A DNA stretch of 64,000 nt from an uncultured Acidimicrobiales bacterium (GCA_943788915.1 CALSSD010000013.1:186001-250000), one strand, 5' to 3'; shown: positions 10,284 through 20,813, numbered from the stretch's first letter. Notes: a model not told the origin generated them from the sequence alone. Numbers and translations: made by a program.

Positions 10284-11618
10284 ATGGCGTGGGACTTCGA
10301 AACCGAGCCCGAGTTCGAGGCCAAGTTGGCATGGATGCGCGAGTTCGTCCGCGACGAGATCTTTCCGCTTGAGACACTCGCACCCGAGTTCCGCAGTGAA
10401 GAGGGCCGTGCCGTCTACGCCAAGATCACCGAGCCGCTCAAACAACAGGTCAAGGATCAAGGTCTGTGGGCGGCACACCTACCTCCCGAACTCGGTGGCG
10501 GCGGTTTTGGGCAGGTCAAACTCGGCCTGATGCACGAAATCCTGGGCCAATCTCCACTGGCGCCACGAATCTTTGGCAACAACGCTCCCGATTCGGGCAA
10601 CGCTGAACTGCTCTCGCTCGGCGGGACAGAGGAGCAGAAGGTCAAGTGGATGCAACCGCTGCTCGATCAAGAAATTCGCTCCTGTTTCTCGATGACCGAG
10701 CCAGGTGCCGGAGCCGATCCGACACTGTTGACCACCCAAGCAGTCCGAGACGGCGACGAATGGATCATCAACGGCCATAAGTGGTTCTCATCGAACGCCT
10801 CGGTTTCTGACATCTTGATCGTCATGGTCAAGACCAACCTCGATGAAGATGCATCGCCCTACAGCGCCTTCTCGATGATCGTGGTACCTACCGACACTCC
10901 GGGTGTGAACATCTTGCGCGATGTTCCAACCATGGGAGAACCCGATCACAAGACCGGTGAACCCGGAGGCCATGCCGAGATCCTCTACGAAGAGGTCCGC
11001 GTCCCCTTCGACAATGTCGTCGGTGGCGAGGCTGGCATCGGGCAAGGTTTCGCACTCGCTCAGAAGCGCCTCGGACCCGGTCGCATCCACCACGCAATGC
11101 GCTGGCTTGGCCAGTCCAGCCGAGCATTTGACCTGTTGTGCGAACGAGCATTGACTCGCTACACCAAGGGTTCGATTCTGGCAGACAAGCAGATGATCCA
11201 AGACTGGGTCGCACAGTCGTACGCCGACCGACAAGCCGCCCGATTGTTGACGCTGCAGGCGGCATGGAAGATGGACAAGCTGCATGAAGCTGGTGGTACC
11301 TACAGCGATGCTCGCCTTGAGATCGCGGTCATCAAGTTCTGGGGCGCAAAGGTTCTGCACGACGTGATCGACCGAGCTATTCAGATACACGGCTCGCTTG
11401 GCTACACCACTGATCTGCCACTCGAATCCATGTACCGGGCAGCACGAGCCGCCCGCATCTACGACGGCCCAGACGAAGTGCACAAGGTCACCGTCGCACG
11501 ACAGGTACTCAAGCGTTACCGGCCAAGCGATCCATCGATCGATCATGTCCCAACCCGCCGAGCCGACGCACTGACCCGTTACGGCGACTATCTCGACGAG
11601 TTAGCTGTCAACAGCTAA
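10284..11618 (+). CDS. Acyl-CoA dehydrogenase (ACAD10/11-FadE2-LvaC-like clade)
   Basis: NNAPDSGNAELL, SCFSMTEP, INGHKWFSSNA, AQKRLGPGRIHHAMR, ARIYDGPDEVH. Confidence 0.93.
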   Translation: MAWDFETEPEFEAKLAWMREFVRDEIFPLETLAPEFRSEEGRAVYAKITEPLKQQVKDQGLWAAHLPPELGGGGFGQVKLGLMHEILGQSPLAPRIFGNNAPDSGNAELLSLGGTEEQKVKWMQPLLDQEIRSCFSMTEPGAGADPTLLTTQAVRDGDEWIINGHKWFSSNASVSDILIVMVKTNLDEDASPYSAFSMIVVPTDTPGVNILRDVPTMGEPDHKTGEPGGHAEILYEEVRVPFDNVVGGEAGIGQGFALAQKRLGPGRIHHAMRWLGQSSRAFDLLCERALTRYTKGSILADKQMIQDWVAQSYADRQAARLLTLQAAWKMDKLHEAGGTYSDARLEIAVIKFWGAKVLHDVIDRAIQIHGSLGYTTDLPLESMYRAARAARIYDGPDEVHKVTVARQVLKRYRPSDPSIDHVPTRRADALTRYGDYLDELAVNS

Positions 11619-11685
11619 CTCGCCGCCCTACAACTACGCGACGGTCGTGAGTCTGTAGACGAGCCACCAGCACCTGATGGCTTGT

Positions 11686-12620
11686 CTACAGAATCGCTAG
11701 GGCGTTTCCGGGTGAGCCCAACCCGCCCGGGATCTTGAGTGGCGCGGCCACGAAGAAGAACGTCCACCGTTTCTCGTCGTGGCACGCGTTGCGCAGCGTC
11801 TCGAAGTCGAACATCTCGCCCAGCGCCATACCGAGAGTCGGAAGCAACCGTCGGTGCAGCGACCCGATCGCTGGGTCGCCGGGCACAACCTCGACGGCAG
11901 GGTTATCGGCGCAGATCGCCGCTGGACGGGAGTTCCACAAGAACCGGGCCATACCCTCATCCGCAGCTAGGCCAGCGAACGTCGGAGCTTGGGCATAGGT
12001 AGCCCGCTCTGGTTCGGTGAGGGCAAGGTAACCCCGACTCCAAGCAGTCCGAAGACACAAGAAATCGCCTTCCTGGAGTTCGACACCCTGCGCATCGAGC
12101 ACAGCGTTGAGGTCATCGACGCTGATCGGCCGGGGGTCGAGCGGATCGAATTCGCCAGTGCGCTCGAACCAGCCTGCGATGTCGATGAGCACTCCCCTGC
12201 CAGCGATGCCGTGATCAGCGAACTGATCGATACCGAGCCCCATCGGGCCATCGGTCGGATCCTGAGTGCGCCCGCCCCAATAGCCATGTTCTCGGCACCG
12301 CACATGATTGAGCGCATCCCACTGCGTCGACCCCTGGGGATGAAAGTTGTTGAGCCGATCGTCCATCTCGTTGCGGTTGAGAGGAAACACAACATGTTCG
12401 TATGCCTGCGACCGAACAGCGGCGGGTTAGGCAGGTTCAGCGGCAGATCGAGCGAGACTCGCACACCGCTTCTCACCAGACTCGCTGCGGCGGCAACACG
12501 TTCGGGCGTGACGTGGTTCATCGAACCCAACACGTCGTCGCGGCCCCACACATCCCAGGCATGGCGAAGGCCGAGCTCTGGGATCTCAGGCAGTGAATCA
12601 AACTGGGGAAGCTGGTCCAT
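11686..12620 (-). CDS. Cyclase family (kynurenine formamidase-like) metal hydrolase, frameshifted near 12408
   Basis: N-part WDVWGRDDVLGSMN...LFGR in one frame; C-part QGSTQWDA...GRGVLID...LGEMFD...GGLGSPGNALAI in another; one base missing. Confidence 0.8.
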
Positions 12621-12731
12621 TCTCTGAGTCTTCCCCAGCAGCGATGGCGGCAGCGAATCGGATTGCGCCGGTCCCATCGGCGAGACTTAGGCGATGTCCA
12701 ACTCTTCCTTGACGAACCAGGCTGCCATCGG

Positions 12732-14004
12732 ATGATTGATCGACCACAGCGGCGGGGCCGGGCAGGACGCTCCGCCACCATGACCCAGGCCCTTGAGGCG
12801 ATCGGAGATCGCAGCCGGGTCTTCATCCCCGGCGGATCAGCTGTGCCGACAGCCGTCCTCGAGGCCATGACGGCCGAGCATGACCGATGGTCCGCCATCG
12901 AGTTCGTCGCTGACTACCTGCTTGCGCCGCTTCCCGTCTTTGACCGCCCCAACGAGCCGTTCACGTTGACCTCGCTCCAGCCGAGTCGAGCGCTTACGCT
13001 CCATGGTCGACGCTGGAGCGTTCACCTCGGCGGCTTCGGCGCTCACTACATGGGCCGGGCTGATCGCACCCACCGGAGCGCTAGCTCTCGATGCCACCAT
13101 CATTCACGTGAGTTCTTCCGGTCCTGAGGGCAGGTTCAGTCTTGGTGTGAACACAGTGACGCCGCTCGATGCCATGGCTTCGTCAGCGCTCGTCATCGCT
13201 CAGGTCAACCCCCAGATGCCGTACACGTTCGGTGCTGCCGAGATCGAGCGAGACGAGGTCGACCTCTTTGTCGATGTCGACCACTCACTGGTCGAATTCC
13301 CCGCGATCACTCCCGACGAAACGACCCGGCAGGTGGGCGCCAACGTTGCCCGGCTGGTAGCGAACGGCTCCATGTTGCAGCTCGGGCTAGGAGCACTTCC
13401 CGATGTCGTGTGCGCAGAACTGGCGAACCATCGAGACTTGGGCATCCACAGCGGCATGGTCAGCGACGGTTTGATCGGGCTGCATGCATCAGGTGCGCTC
13501 ACCGGATCGAAACATCCGGAGTTCCCCGGCAAGATCGTGACTGCGATGATCGGCGGCACTCGCCCGCTCCACGACTTCGTGGACCGCAACCCCGACATCG
13601 TCATGGTTCCCCCCACGATCACTCATGGACTTGCAGCGATCGGACGGCTCGACCAGTTCACCGCCATCAACTCCGCCATCGAAGTAGCGCTGGACGGGTC
13701 GATCAACAGCGAACGGGTCGGTGATCGGGTGATCTCTGGTCCTGGCGGCTCCCCCGACTACGCGGCTATCGCACACGCGGCCGAAGGCGGCCGGTTCATT
13801 GTTGCGCTTCCTTCGACCGCTGCCCGAGGCACGGTGTCGCGGATCGTCCCGGAGCTCATGGTGCCAGCCACCGTGGCAGGTGCTCTCGTCGATGTCGTTG
13901 TTACCGAACATGGCGTGGCTGACATCACCGGTCTGAACGGAACGGCTCGGGCCGATGCACTCCGCGCTATCGCCGACCCTTCATTCACCGAATCGCTGTT
14001 GTAA
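12732..14004 (+). CDS. Acetyl-CoA hydrolase / 4-hydroxybutyrate CoA-transferase family protein, frameshifted near 12995
   Basis: VIAQVNPQMPYTFG, LQLGLGALPD, DLGIHS, AINSAIEV, VVVTEHGVA; N-terminus (RVFIPGGSAVP) lies in another frame. Confidence 0.82.
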
Positions 14005-14040
14005 ACCCCCGGTTGGTCCTCGGTGTGGGAGGCTCGGTTG

Positions 14041-15549
14041 ATGTCGCAGTGGGAAAATTTCGAGTTACAAGAGGCCACGGTCGCCGACCTCCAGGCAGCG
14101 ATGGAGAACGGCGATCACACAGCTCGTTCCATCACGGAGTTGTACCTGAAACGCATCGACCAGATGAACACCAGTGGCCCAGAGCTACGGGCCATCATCG
14201 AGACCAACCCAGATGCACTCGTTCTCGCTGACCAGCTCGACACAGAGCGACGCGACCACGGACCACGGGGCCCACTACACGGCATTCCGGTCATAATCAA
14301 AGACAACATCGACACCGCCGATGCTATGACGACGACCGCGGGCTCACTCGCTCTCGAAGGTTCGACGCCTGCCGAGGATGCTTGCATCATCGAGCGGCTA
14401 CGGGCCGCGGGTGTCATTGTTTTGGCAAAGGCAAACATGAGCGAGTGGGCGTACTTCCGAGGCGAACGAGCAACCAGCGGGTGGAGCGCCCGAGGTGGCC
14501 AATGCCGCAACCCGTATGCACTCGACCGGAACCCGTGTGGGTCAAGTTCAGGTTCCGGAGTAGCAGCGTCGGCCAATCTTGCCGCCATCACAATCGGCAC
14601 TGAGACCAACGGATCCATCATGTGTCCGTCGTCGATGAACGGCATCGTCGGCATCAAACCGACCGTCGGCCTATGGAGTCGGACCGGGATCATTCCGATC
14701 TCACATTCACAGGACACCGCAGGACCAATGGCACGGACCGTCGCCGATGCGGTGGCCTTGCTCGGCCCACTTGCCGGTCCCGACCCGAGCGATGCTGCCA
14801 CCACGATTGCCGACGTGTTGTCCGACTACACGGAGTGCCTCGATCCTGGCAGTTTGCGCGGCGCCCGCATCGGGGTGGCGCGCAACTTCGACGGTTTCCA
14901 TCCACTGGTCGTCGAACTGTTCGAAGCTGCACTCGACCAGATGATGAAAGCTGGTGCAGTCGTCATCGACGGCACTGATCTTGACACCACGACGTGGACT
15001 GACAAACTGCCACTAACCGTGCTGGAGTACGAGTTCAGAGACGGCCTCAACAACTATCTGGCCAACCTCGGTCATGCCACACTCGCCACCATCGACGACC
15101 TGGTGGAGTTCAATGAGAGAAACGCGGATCGCGAACTCATCCACTTTGGCCAACAGCGCATCATCGCAGCGGCCGGTCGAGGCGGGCTGGACGAAACTGA
15201 GTACCTCGAGGCGCTGCACACCGTGCAGCGTTCCACCCGTGACGAAGGCATCGACCAGGTGATGGACGCCCACAACCTCGACGCTTTGGTCGCACCGACT
15301 ACGGACCTGGCGTGGCCCACCGACCACATCAAGGGTGACCGCAGCGACGGCGGATCGAGCGCTGGGCCCGCCGCCATCGCTGGTTATCCGAACATCACCG
15401 TGCCCATGGGTCAGGTGCGAGGCTTACCGGCAGGCATCTCATTCTTCGGAAGAGCCTGGAGTGAACCCACGCTCATCGGCATCGCGTATGCCTACGAACA
15501 AGTGACACGACACCGCACCTCACCCACGTTCGCTGCAACTCTTGGGTAG
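14041..15549 (+). CDS. Amidase signature family enzyme
   Basis: GPLHGIPVIIKDNI, GSSSGSG, IGTETNGSIMCPS; GGAGG RBS upstream. Confidence 0.93.
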   Translation: MSQWENFELQEATVADLQAAMENGDHTARSITELYLKRIDQMNTSGPELRAIIETNPDALVLADQLDTERRDHGPRGPLHGIPVIIKDNIDTADAMTTTAGSLALEGSTPAEDACIIERLRAAGVIVLAKANMSEWAYFRGERATSGWSARGGQCRNPYALDRNPCGSSSGSGVAASANLAAITIGTETNGSIMCPSSMNGIVGIKPTVGLWSRTGIIPISHSQDTAGPMARTVADAVALLGPLAGPDPSDAATTIADVLSDYTECLDPGSLRGARIGVARNFDGFHPLVVELFEAALDQMMKAGAVVIDGTDLDTTTWTDKLPLTVLEYEFRDGLNNYLANLGHATLATIDDLVEFNERNADRELIHFGQQRIIAAAGRGGLDETEYLEALHTVQRSTRDEGIDQVMDAHNLDALVAPTTDLAWPTDHIKGDRSDGGSSAGPAAIAGYPNITVPMGQVRGLPAGISFFGRAWSEPTLIGIAYAYEQVTRHRTSPTFAATLG

Positions 15550-15558
15550 CCGGGAGGG

Positions 15559-17946
15559 TTAGGACGGGTTGTAGGTCGCGTCAGTCATCGATGCGACCTC
15601 GGCGGCCGACAGACCGAGCAGGTCGGTCAGGATCTCATTGGTGTGTTCACCCAAACACGGTGCTGGCCGGCGCACGCCATTCGGGCCACGGTGCAGGAGC
15701 CATGGCAACCCCGGAACAATCCGATCGCCGGTAACCGGGTGTGTGGGCCGGCTCAACATGCCGATCGCGTCCAGCTGAGGATCATCTGCCCATAACCGTT
15801 GTGGAGATTGCGACGGGAACGCTGCAATTCCGATGGCCTGAAGCTGGCTCGCCACCTCCCATTGCTCTTGTCGGCTTGTCCACGCGCTTATGGTCTGATC
15901 GAGTTCGGCTTCGTGGCGCTTGCGGTCTACCGCAGTGTGGAACCGTGGATCGTTCGGCAGCTCAGGGTCGACCACGGCTGCAAGTCGCTGCCACTCATCG
16001 TCGGTGGTGCACGCGATCGTGACCCAGTTATCGCTGCCGGAAGCCGGATAACACTCGTGGGGCGCCCACACAGGATCATGATTGCCGATCCGCTCCGGAT
16101 TGTCACCGGTGGCCAAGTACGCCATCCACGGCTCGCCGACGGTCGAAGCAACCGCTTCGACCATGGACACGTCGATTGCAGCGGCGATACCGGTGCGGGT
16201 CCGAGCAGCCAGCGCAGCGACCACTGCCCAAGCGGCCGTCATGCCTGTGCCCGGATCGCCGATGGAGATCCCGGTCTCGGTTGCAGGCCCACCCTCGTAG
16301 CCGGTCGCGGCATAGAGACCGGCCAGGGACCCACCCGCCGGACCATACGCCATGTACCAGGCACTCGGTCCCGTCTGTCCATAACCGCTCAGCGAGGCCA
16401 CGATGATGTCGGGATTGATCGCTCGCAGCTCTTCGATGCCAAAACCCAGGTCGGCCATGGTGCCCACGCCGAAGTTGTCGATCACAACGTCGCTCGTGCG
16501 TACGAGCTGTTCGATGATCTCGCGCCCACGAGGGTCGCGCACGTTCACACCAAGACTGAGTTTGTCGGTGTTATAGATCTGGAAGGATCCTGACCCATCG
16601 ATGTGATCCTCGAGACCCGGCGGATGAAACGGAAACCGCCGAAACAGGCACGGACGTTCGGGAGACTCAATCTTGATGACCTCGGCACCCAGGTGCGCCA
16701 GATATTGGGTTGCGAACGGTCCAGCCCAGATCCAGGTGAAGTCGCAGACCCGAACACCCTCGAGCGGACGGCTCGCTTGACTCGTTTTCCTAGCGCTCGG
16801 TCGTTCACCATCCAACCCGTGACCCGGCAGGTCAGCTCGCGGGTGCCATGTCTCGCCGTCGTGTTCGCCAAGAGCCGGAGCGGCGCTCCCCAATGCCCAC
16901 CACGGTTGGTCGAGTTTGTAGCCGGGGCCGAGCTGGCGGGTGCCGTCGGGGGCGGTGGCGAAGAAGCCGCGTGCGTTCAGGTGGTCATTGGCATCGAGCT
17001 GTGCCATCGTCGTAACTGGTGTAATGCACACCCGTGCGTGTTGCGCCTGCACCGCGAGCTCGTCGACCGACTGTGTCGCCAGCCACTCCCCCAGATAGAT
17101 ACCGACCAGGTCGGCGTTTTCACGCCGAGCCGGTTGGGTTGCTACCGCATCGAGCGATGCCCATTCGGGGTTACCCATCAGCTCAACCAACGACTCCCAC
17201 TGCTCTTGCTCAGGGCAGATGATCGACACCAGGCCATCGGCACACTCGAAGATGCCCCACGGAACCACTGTCTTCGTCCCGAGGCGCGACGCATCAACAC
17301 CAAGAAAACTCGCAGCAGCGGGTGCGAACTCGGTAAGTTTCGCAGCCGCCGCGTACATGGAGAAGTCGATGTGTTCGCCCTGCCCGGTGCGGGTCGCGTG
17401 ATCGACGGCCGCTGCAGCCGCTGCAGCAGCCGCGGTCGCCACATTGATCGTGGCGTGGTGGCCGGCGGCCTTGAGTGGAGGCAGCGTTATATCGGTGGCC
17501 GCGCTCGGCGAGAGAAATCCCCAACTCGACCCGTGAATCACGGACAACTCTTCGGCGGCATAGTCGTGGTACGGGCCGGTCTGGCCGAACGGCGTGACCG
17601 CCAACGCGACGAGCCCCGGCCACGCGGCAGTGACCAATTCGGGGGCAAGTTCAGGCCACGAACCGTCGTGTACCACCAGATCAGCGTCGCCAAGGAGCGC
17701 ATCGATGGGTTCATCCAGTCGATGCCGGATCGACCGTTTATTCGTGGTGAGCCATCGGTGTAGCTCGTGGGGCCGAGAGCGCACTCGGTCGTCGCCGTCG
17801 GCGCTCTCGACCCGGATCACATCGGCACCGAGGTCGCCAAAGAGTTTGGCTACCCACGCCACCGCAATACCGCTCGCGGTGCTGGGCCGACCTTCCCCGC
17901 TACCTACCGCCGCCAACTCGAGTACACGGATCCCGGCGAGACTCAT
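15559..17946 (-). CDS. Tandem two-domain CaiB/BaiF class III CoA-transferase
   Basis: Two repeats: SLAGIRVLEL...DLGADVIRVE and PLEGVRVCDFTWIWAGP...LGAEVIKIE; ATGA overlap with upstream gene. Confidence 0.9.
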   Translation of the reverse strand: MSLAGIRVLELAAVGSGEGRPSTASGIAVAWVAKLFGDLGADVIRVESADGDDRVRSRPHELHRWLTTNKRSIRHRLDEPIDALLGDADLVVHDGSWPELAPELVTAAWPGLVALAVTPFGQTGPYHDYAAEELSVIHGSSWGFLSPSAATDITLPPLKAAGHHATINVATAAAAAAAAAVDHATRTGQGEHIDFSMYAAAAKLTEFAPAAASFLGVDASRLGTKTVVPWGIFECADGLVSIICPEQEQWESLVELMGNPEWASLDAVATQPARRENADLVGIYLGEWLATQSVDELAVQAQHARVCITPVTTMAQLDANDHLNARGFFATAPDGTRQLGPGYKLDQPWWALGSAAPALGEHDGETWHPRADLPGHGLDGERPSARKTSQASRPLEGVRVCDFTWIWAGPFATQYLAHLGAEVIKIESPERPCLFRRFPFHPPGLEDHIDGSGSFQIYNTDKLSLGVNVRDPRGREIIEQLVRTSDVVIDNFGVGTMADLGFGIEELRAINPDIIVASLSGYGQTGPSAWYMAYGPAGGSLAGLYAATGYEGGPATETGISIGDPGTGMTAAWAVVAALAARTRTGIAAAIDVSMVEAVASTVGEPWMAYLATGDNPERIGNHDPVWAPHECYPASGSDNWVTIACTTDDEWQRLAAVVDPELPNDPRFHTAVDRKRHEAELDQTISAWTSRQEQWEVASQLQAIGIAAFPSQSPQRLWADDPQLDAIGMLSRPTHPVTGDRIVPGLPWLLHRGPNGVRRPAPCLGEHTNEILTDLLGLSAAEVASMTDATYNPS

Positions 17947-19097
17947 TCGAGGAACGCCCACCCTGGTCGGCCATCGCGACACGCCTCGTAGGCCACGGGG
18001 TCAATCGGCTGATAGAAACCGGTCGCAACCTCGCCGTCGCAGGTGACCTTGCACAGGTGCTCGTCGAGCCCTGCTAGTCGGGTACGCACGGCAGGATCGT
18101 TTACATCGTAAGTCTCGCCTTCGACCAGATCCGGGCCTTCATAACCGCCCTGGTGGATTTGCTTGTCGGGCGTGCCTCCGTACATTCCGCAGCGCAGATA
18201 CGCAGTCTGGTTGCCGATGCGTTCGTAGTGCACCTGCTTCGTCTCGCCGGTGTCGAGCCGGTAATCAACGATCCCTTCGATGAAGATGTTTGTTTCTGGC
18301 TCGAATCGGAGTCGCCTGGTCGGCTTGTGGACCACGGCGTGTCCTTTGCGTTCATCGCCGAACGGGTAGAACGCTCGGTCACCCCACAAGGTCCAACTCG
18401 GGAACGCTGCGAAACCGTTTCCCGAAGTTCCGACATGCAGTCGGCCACCGAGCGACATCGGAGGTCCGCCCACACCTCGACCAACGCCCCAGTGCCGATC
18501 GCGTGTGCCGAAACACCCAGCTGGGAACTCGATGCGCTTACCGTGTACTTCGACCCAGCCCTCGACGGTACCGAAGCTCTCGAATCCTGTCGTGACGTCA
18601 CCTCGGCGCCCAGGGGGCGTACCTCTCGATGAGTTCGATAGTGGTTCGCGAAAGGTTTGACGGGTGGTGTCCTTGAAGTCGAGCTGGTAGCTGATGCCCC
18701 ACTCATTGGGTTCAAGCTCGAAACGCCACCACCGCATGCCTTGCACGATCCGTGGCTGGATCGGCCCGATACCCATATCGGCACGATCAACCCCCAGCGC
18801 CCTAAACCCGCGCACCGTGGTGTGTTGGCCCTTGTGGTTAACGATCGCGTACGCCTCGGCCCGATCGAGGTTGGGGTAGAAGCTGCCTCCGACCGCGACC
18901 ATGGTGTCGCCGCTCGGGTCGTGGCACAACATCCAGTACCGCTCGTAGGTCCGTGGGTCGCCTGTCCACATGACACGGATGGGGTCCGGTGTTTGGTGGA
19001 TCATGTAGTCGTCGAGCGGTGACAGCGGAAACTGCTCGTCGAAGTGTTCATCGCTAACCCGAAGTTCAGGGATGGGGAAATCGTTCGGATCGGTCAC
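17943..19097 (-). CDS. Conserved hypothetical protein, possible AttH/CrtC/tocopherol-cyclase-like beta fold
   Basis: DDYMIHQTP, YERYW, GSFYPN, FGTRDRHWG; GTGA overlap with upstream gene. Confidence 0.7.
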   Translation of the reverse strand: MTDPNDFPIPELRVSDEHFDEQFPLSPLDDYMIHQTPDPIRVMWTGDPRTYERYWMLCHDPSGDTMVAVGGSFYPNLDRAEAYAIVNHKGQHTTVRGFRALGVDRADMGIGPIQPRIVQGMRWWRFELEPNEWGISYQLDFKDTTRQTFREPLSNSSRGTPPGRRGDVTTGFESFGTVEGWVEVHGKRIEFPAGCFGTRDRHWGVGRGVGGPPMSLGGRLHVGTSGNGFAAFPSWTLWGDRAFYPFGDERKGHAVVHKPTRRLRFEPETNIFIEGIVDYRLDTGETKQVHYERIGNQTAYLRCGMYGGTPDKQIHQGGYEGPDLVEGETYDVNDPAVRTRLAGLDEHLCKVTCDGEVATGFYQPIDPVAYEACRDGRPGWAFLE

Positions 19098-19591
19098 ATC
19101 GGTGCCTTCTCGGTCAGGGGTGTTTCAGATTCAGCGGCCCGGGGATCTGCTGCCCACGGCCGCTTGGGATGTTTGTGCAGTGCAGGGTTCGCAGCGGCTC
19201 GCTCCCGTAGATGGTCAGAGATGGTTCGCCGGGCTCTGTTTCCGACCGTTTCGTCGGGAAGCGTCCCGATTGCCATTGTCACGAGAACTCGGAGCGCTTC
19301 GTTCTGAGCCTCGTCATCGGTCACAGGTTGTGTTCCATCGCTGGACTCGGTGATGAGCGACTGCAACTCAGCAGGAAACATGGGAGCCAGGTCACGGAGC
19401 AAAGCGGTCATTACAGCATTGTCCCACCGCAAAAAAGGAGGCCGAGAAGCAGCGGAACTTGTCAGCCGCTTGAGCTGTTTACCTGCGTCCCGAGCGAGCG
19501 TCACTGAACTACTACTCAGCTCTGGGTCGGCTGCGAGCTCATCGACCAGTCGGCTAACGCCTCGTAGCTGTTCCTCGATGGTGGGCCTCAT
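19094..19591 (-). CDS. Small helical hypothetical protein, possible DUF6285/LvaB-like kinase partner
   Basis: MRPTIEEQLRGVSRLVDEL N-terminus; ATGA-coupled to the APH kinase. Confidence 0.6.
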   Translation of the reverse strand: MRPTIEEQLRGVSRLVDELAADPELSSSSVTLARDAGKQLKRLTSSAASRPPFLRWDNAVMTALLRDLAPMFPAELQSLITESSDGTQPVTDDEAQNEALRVLVTMAIGTLPDETVGNRARRTISDHLRERAAANPALHKHPKRPWAADPRAAESETPLTEKAPM

Positions 19592-20631
19592 CGATCGACC
19601 GTCGTATCGAGCAGCTCAACCAACACCGCGGCAGAGGGCTGGTACAGCTCGTCGCTTCTGCCTTCGACGAACGAGCGCAGGCCGCTGACCTGCATCACCG
19701 CGGTCTTGTAGGTTGAGAACACGTTCCACCAGTGGACCGACTCGCGATTCACAGGATGGCCGGTGACCGACTCGTAACGAGTGAACAGATGCTCGGGCTC
19801 CCACGCATCATCGATCAGGTGTTCACGACGGCGGAGTGGCTGAGTGATCCAGCCAAGGTCCTCGTGCGGGTCACCCAGGTGTGTGAGTTCCCAATCAAGA
19901 AGACCGGTGATTTGGTCATGGTCGTCGAGCAAGATGTTGCCAGCCTTGAAGTCAGCGTGGACCAACACAGTTCGAGGGGATGGTGGCGCCTTCTGCTCGA
20001 GCCACCGGCTCGCCAGGGCAAGCTCAGGGTACGACTCGAGTCGGTCGCGTTCGAGCACAGATTGCCAGTAGCGCAACTCGTGGCTTGCAGCGTCGACGCC
20101 CGGATCGGTCAGGAACTGCTCAAATCCAGCACGACGCCAGTCGACCTGATGCACGGCGGCCAACAGGTCACAGAAACGCTGCGCTATGTCAACACGCTCG
20201 GATTCGGGACGTTCACCGTTGATCAGGTAGTAGTCACAGGTGCCTCCGAGCCGGGCCATCACCAGAGACGGTTTGCCGAGCGCTGCACCATCGGCGTCGA
20301 GCCAACGGGCAGGGGGCGATGGCACGCCGCTTCCTGCGAGCGCCTGCAAGATCGCGAACTCCGTGGCTCGGTCGGTTTCGATCAAGCCACCATCGGGATC
20401 ACGACGAGCAATCAGTGATTCAGTGTGTTCTCCTGTCGAGTCGCTCCACGACAACTCGAACAGCCAGTTCTCGCGTGACCGCCCGGTGGAGACCGGTTCG
20501 ACCGCCCCAACTCGCGGTGCCGAGTCCGGTCCCAACTGCTCGGCGATAAAATTTTCGAGCTGCGACCTTATGGCCTCGACCGTCGTGTTCTGGGTCGATC
20601 CCTCCGTCGCATCTGCAGTTCGAGAACTCAT
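19588..20631 (-). CDS. APH-family phosphotransferase (ACAD10/11 kinase / LvaA-like)
   Basis: GRSRENWLF, EFAILQAL, LVHADFKAGNIL, LLDWELTHLGDPHEDLGW. Confidence 0.88.
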   Translation of the reverse strand: MSSRTADATEGSTQNTTVEAIRSQLENFIAEQLGPDSAPRVGAVEPVSTGRSRENWLFELSWSDSTGEHTESLIARRDPDGGLIETDRATEFAILQALAGSGVPSPPARWLDADGAALGKPSLVMARLGGTCDYYLINGERPESERVDIAQRFCDLLAAVHQVDWRRAGFEQFLTDPGVDAASHELRYWQSVLERDRLESYPELALASRWLEQKAPPSPRTVLVHADFKAGNILLDDHDQITGLLDWELTHLGDPHEDLGWITQPLRRREHLIDDAWEPEHLFTRYESVTGHPVNRESVHWWNVFSTYKTAVMQVSGLRSFVEGRSDELYQPSAAVLVELLDTTVDR

Positions 20632-20784
20632 GTGATGCCCGGTGTCAGCATGGCGCCAAACTAGTCGGGGTCTTGCCGTTCGTCCCAGATCGAGGACGAA
20701 CACGGAACGAAGGGCCGCTCCCAACGAAGGCAGCCGCAACTCGTTGGCACCACGCGAGGTCGAACGCCGTTAGTGTCGATGAGA

Positions 20785-20812
20785 TCACAGAAGAGGTCAC
20801 AGAAGAGGTCAC
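20785..20812 (+). repeat. 12-bp tandem duplication (TCACAGAAGAGG x2 plus partial) spanning the RBS of the second TauD gene
   Basis: tcacagaagagg tcacagaagagg tcac-c-atg. Confidence 0.8.
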
Positions 20813-20813
20813 C

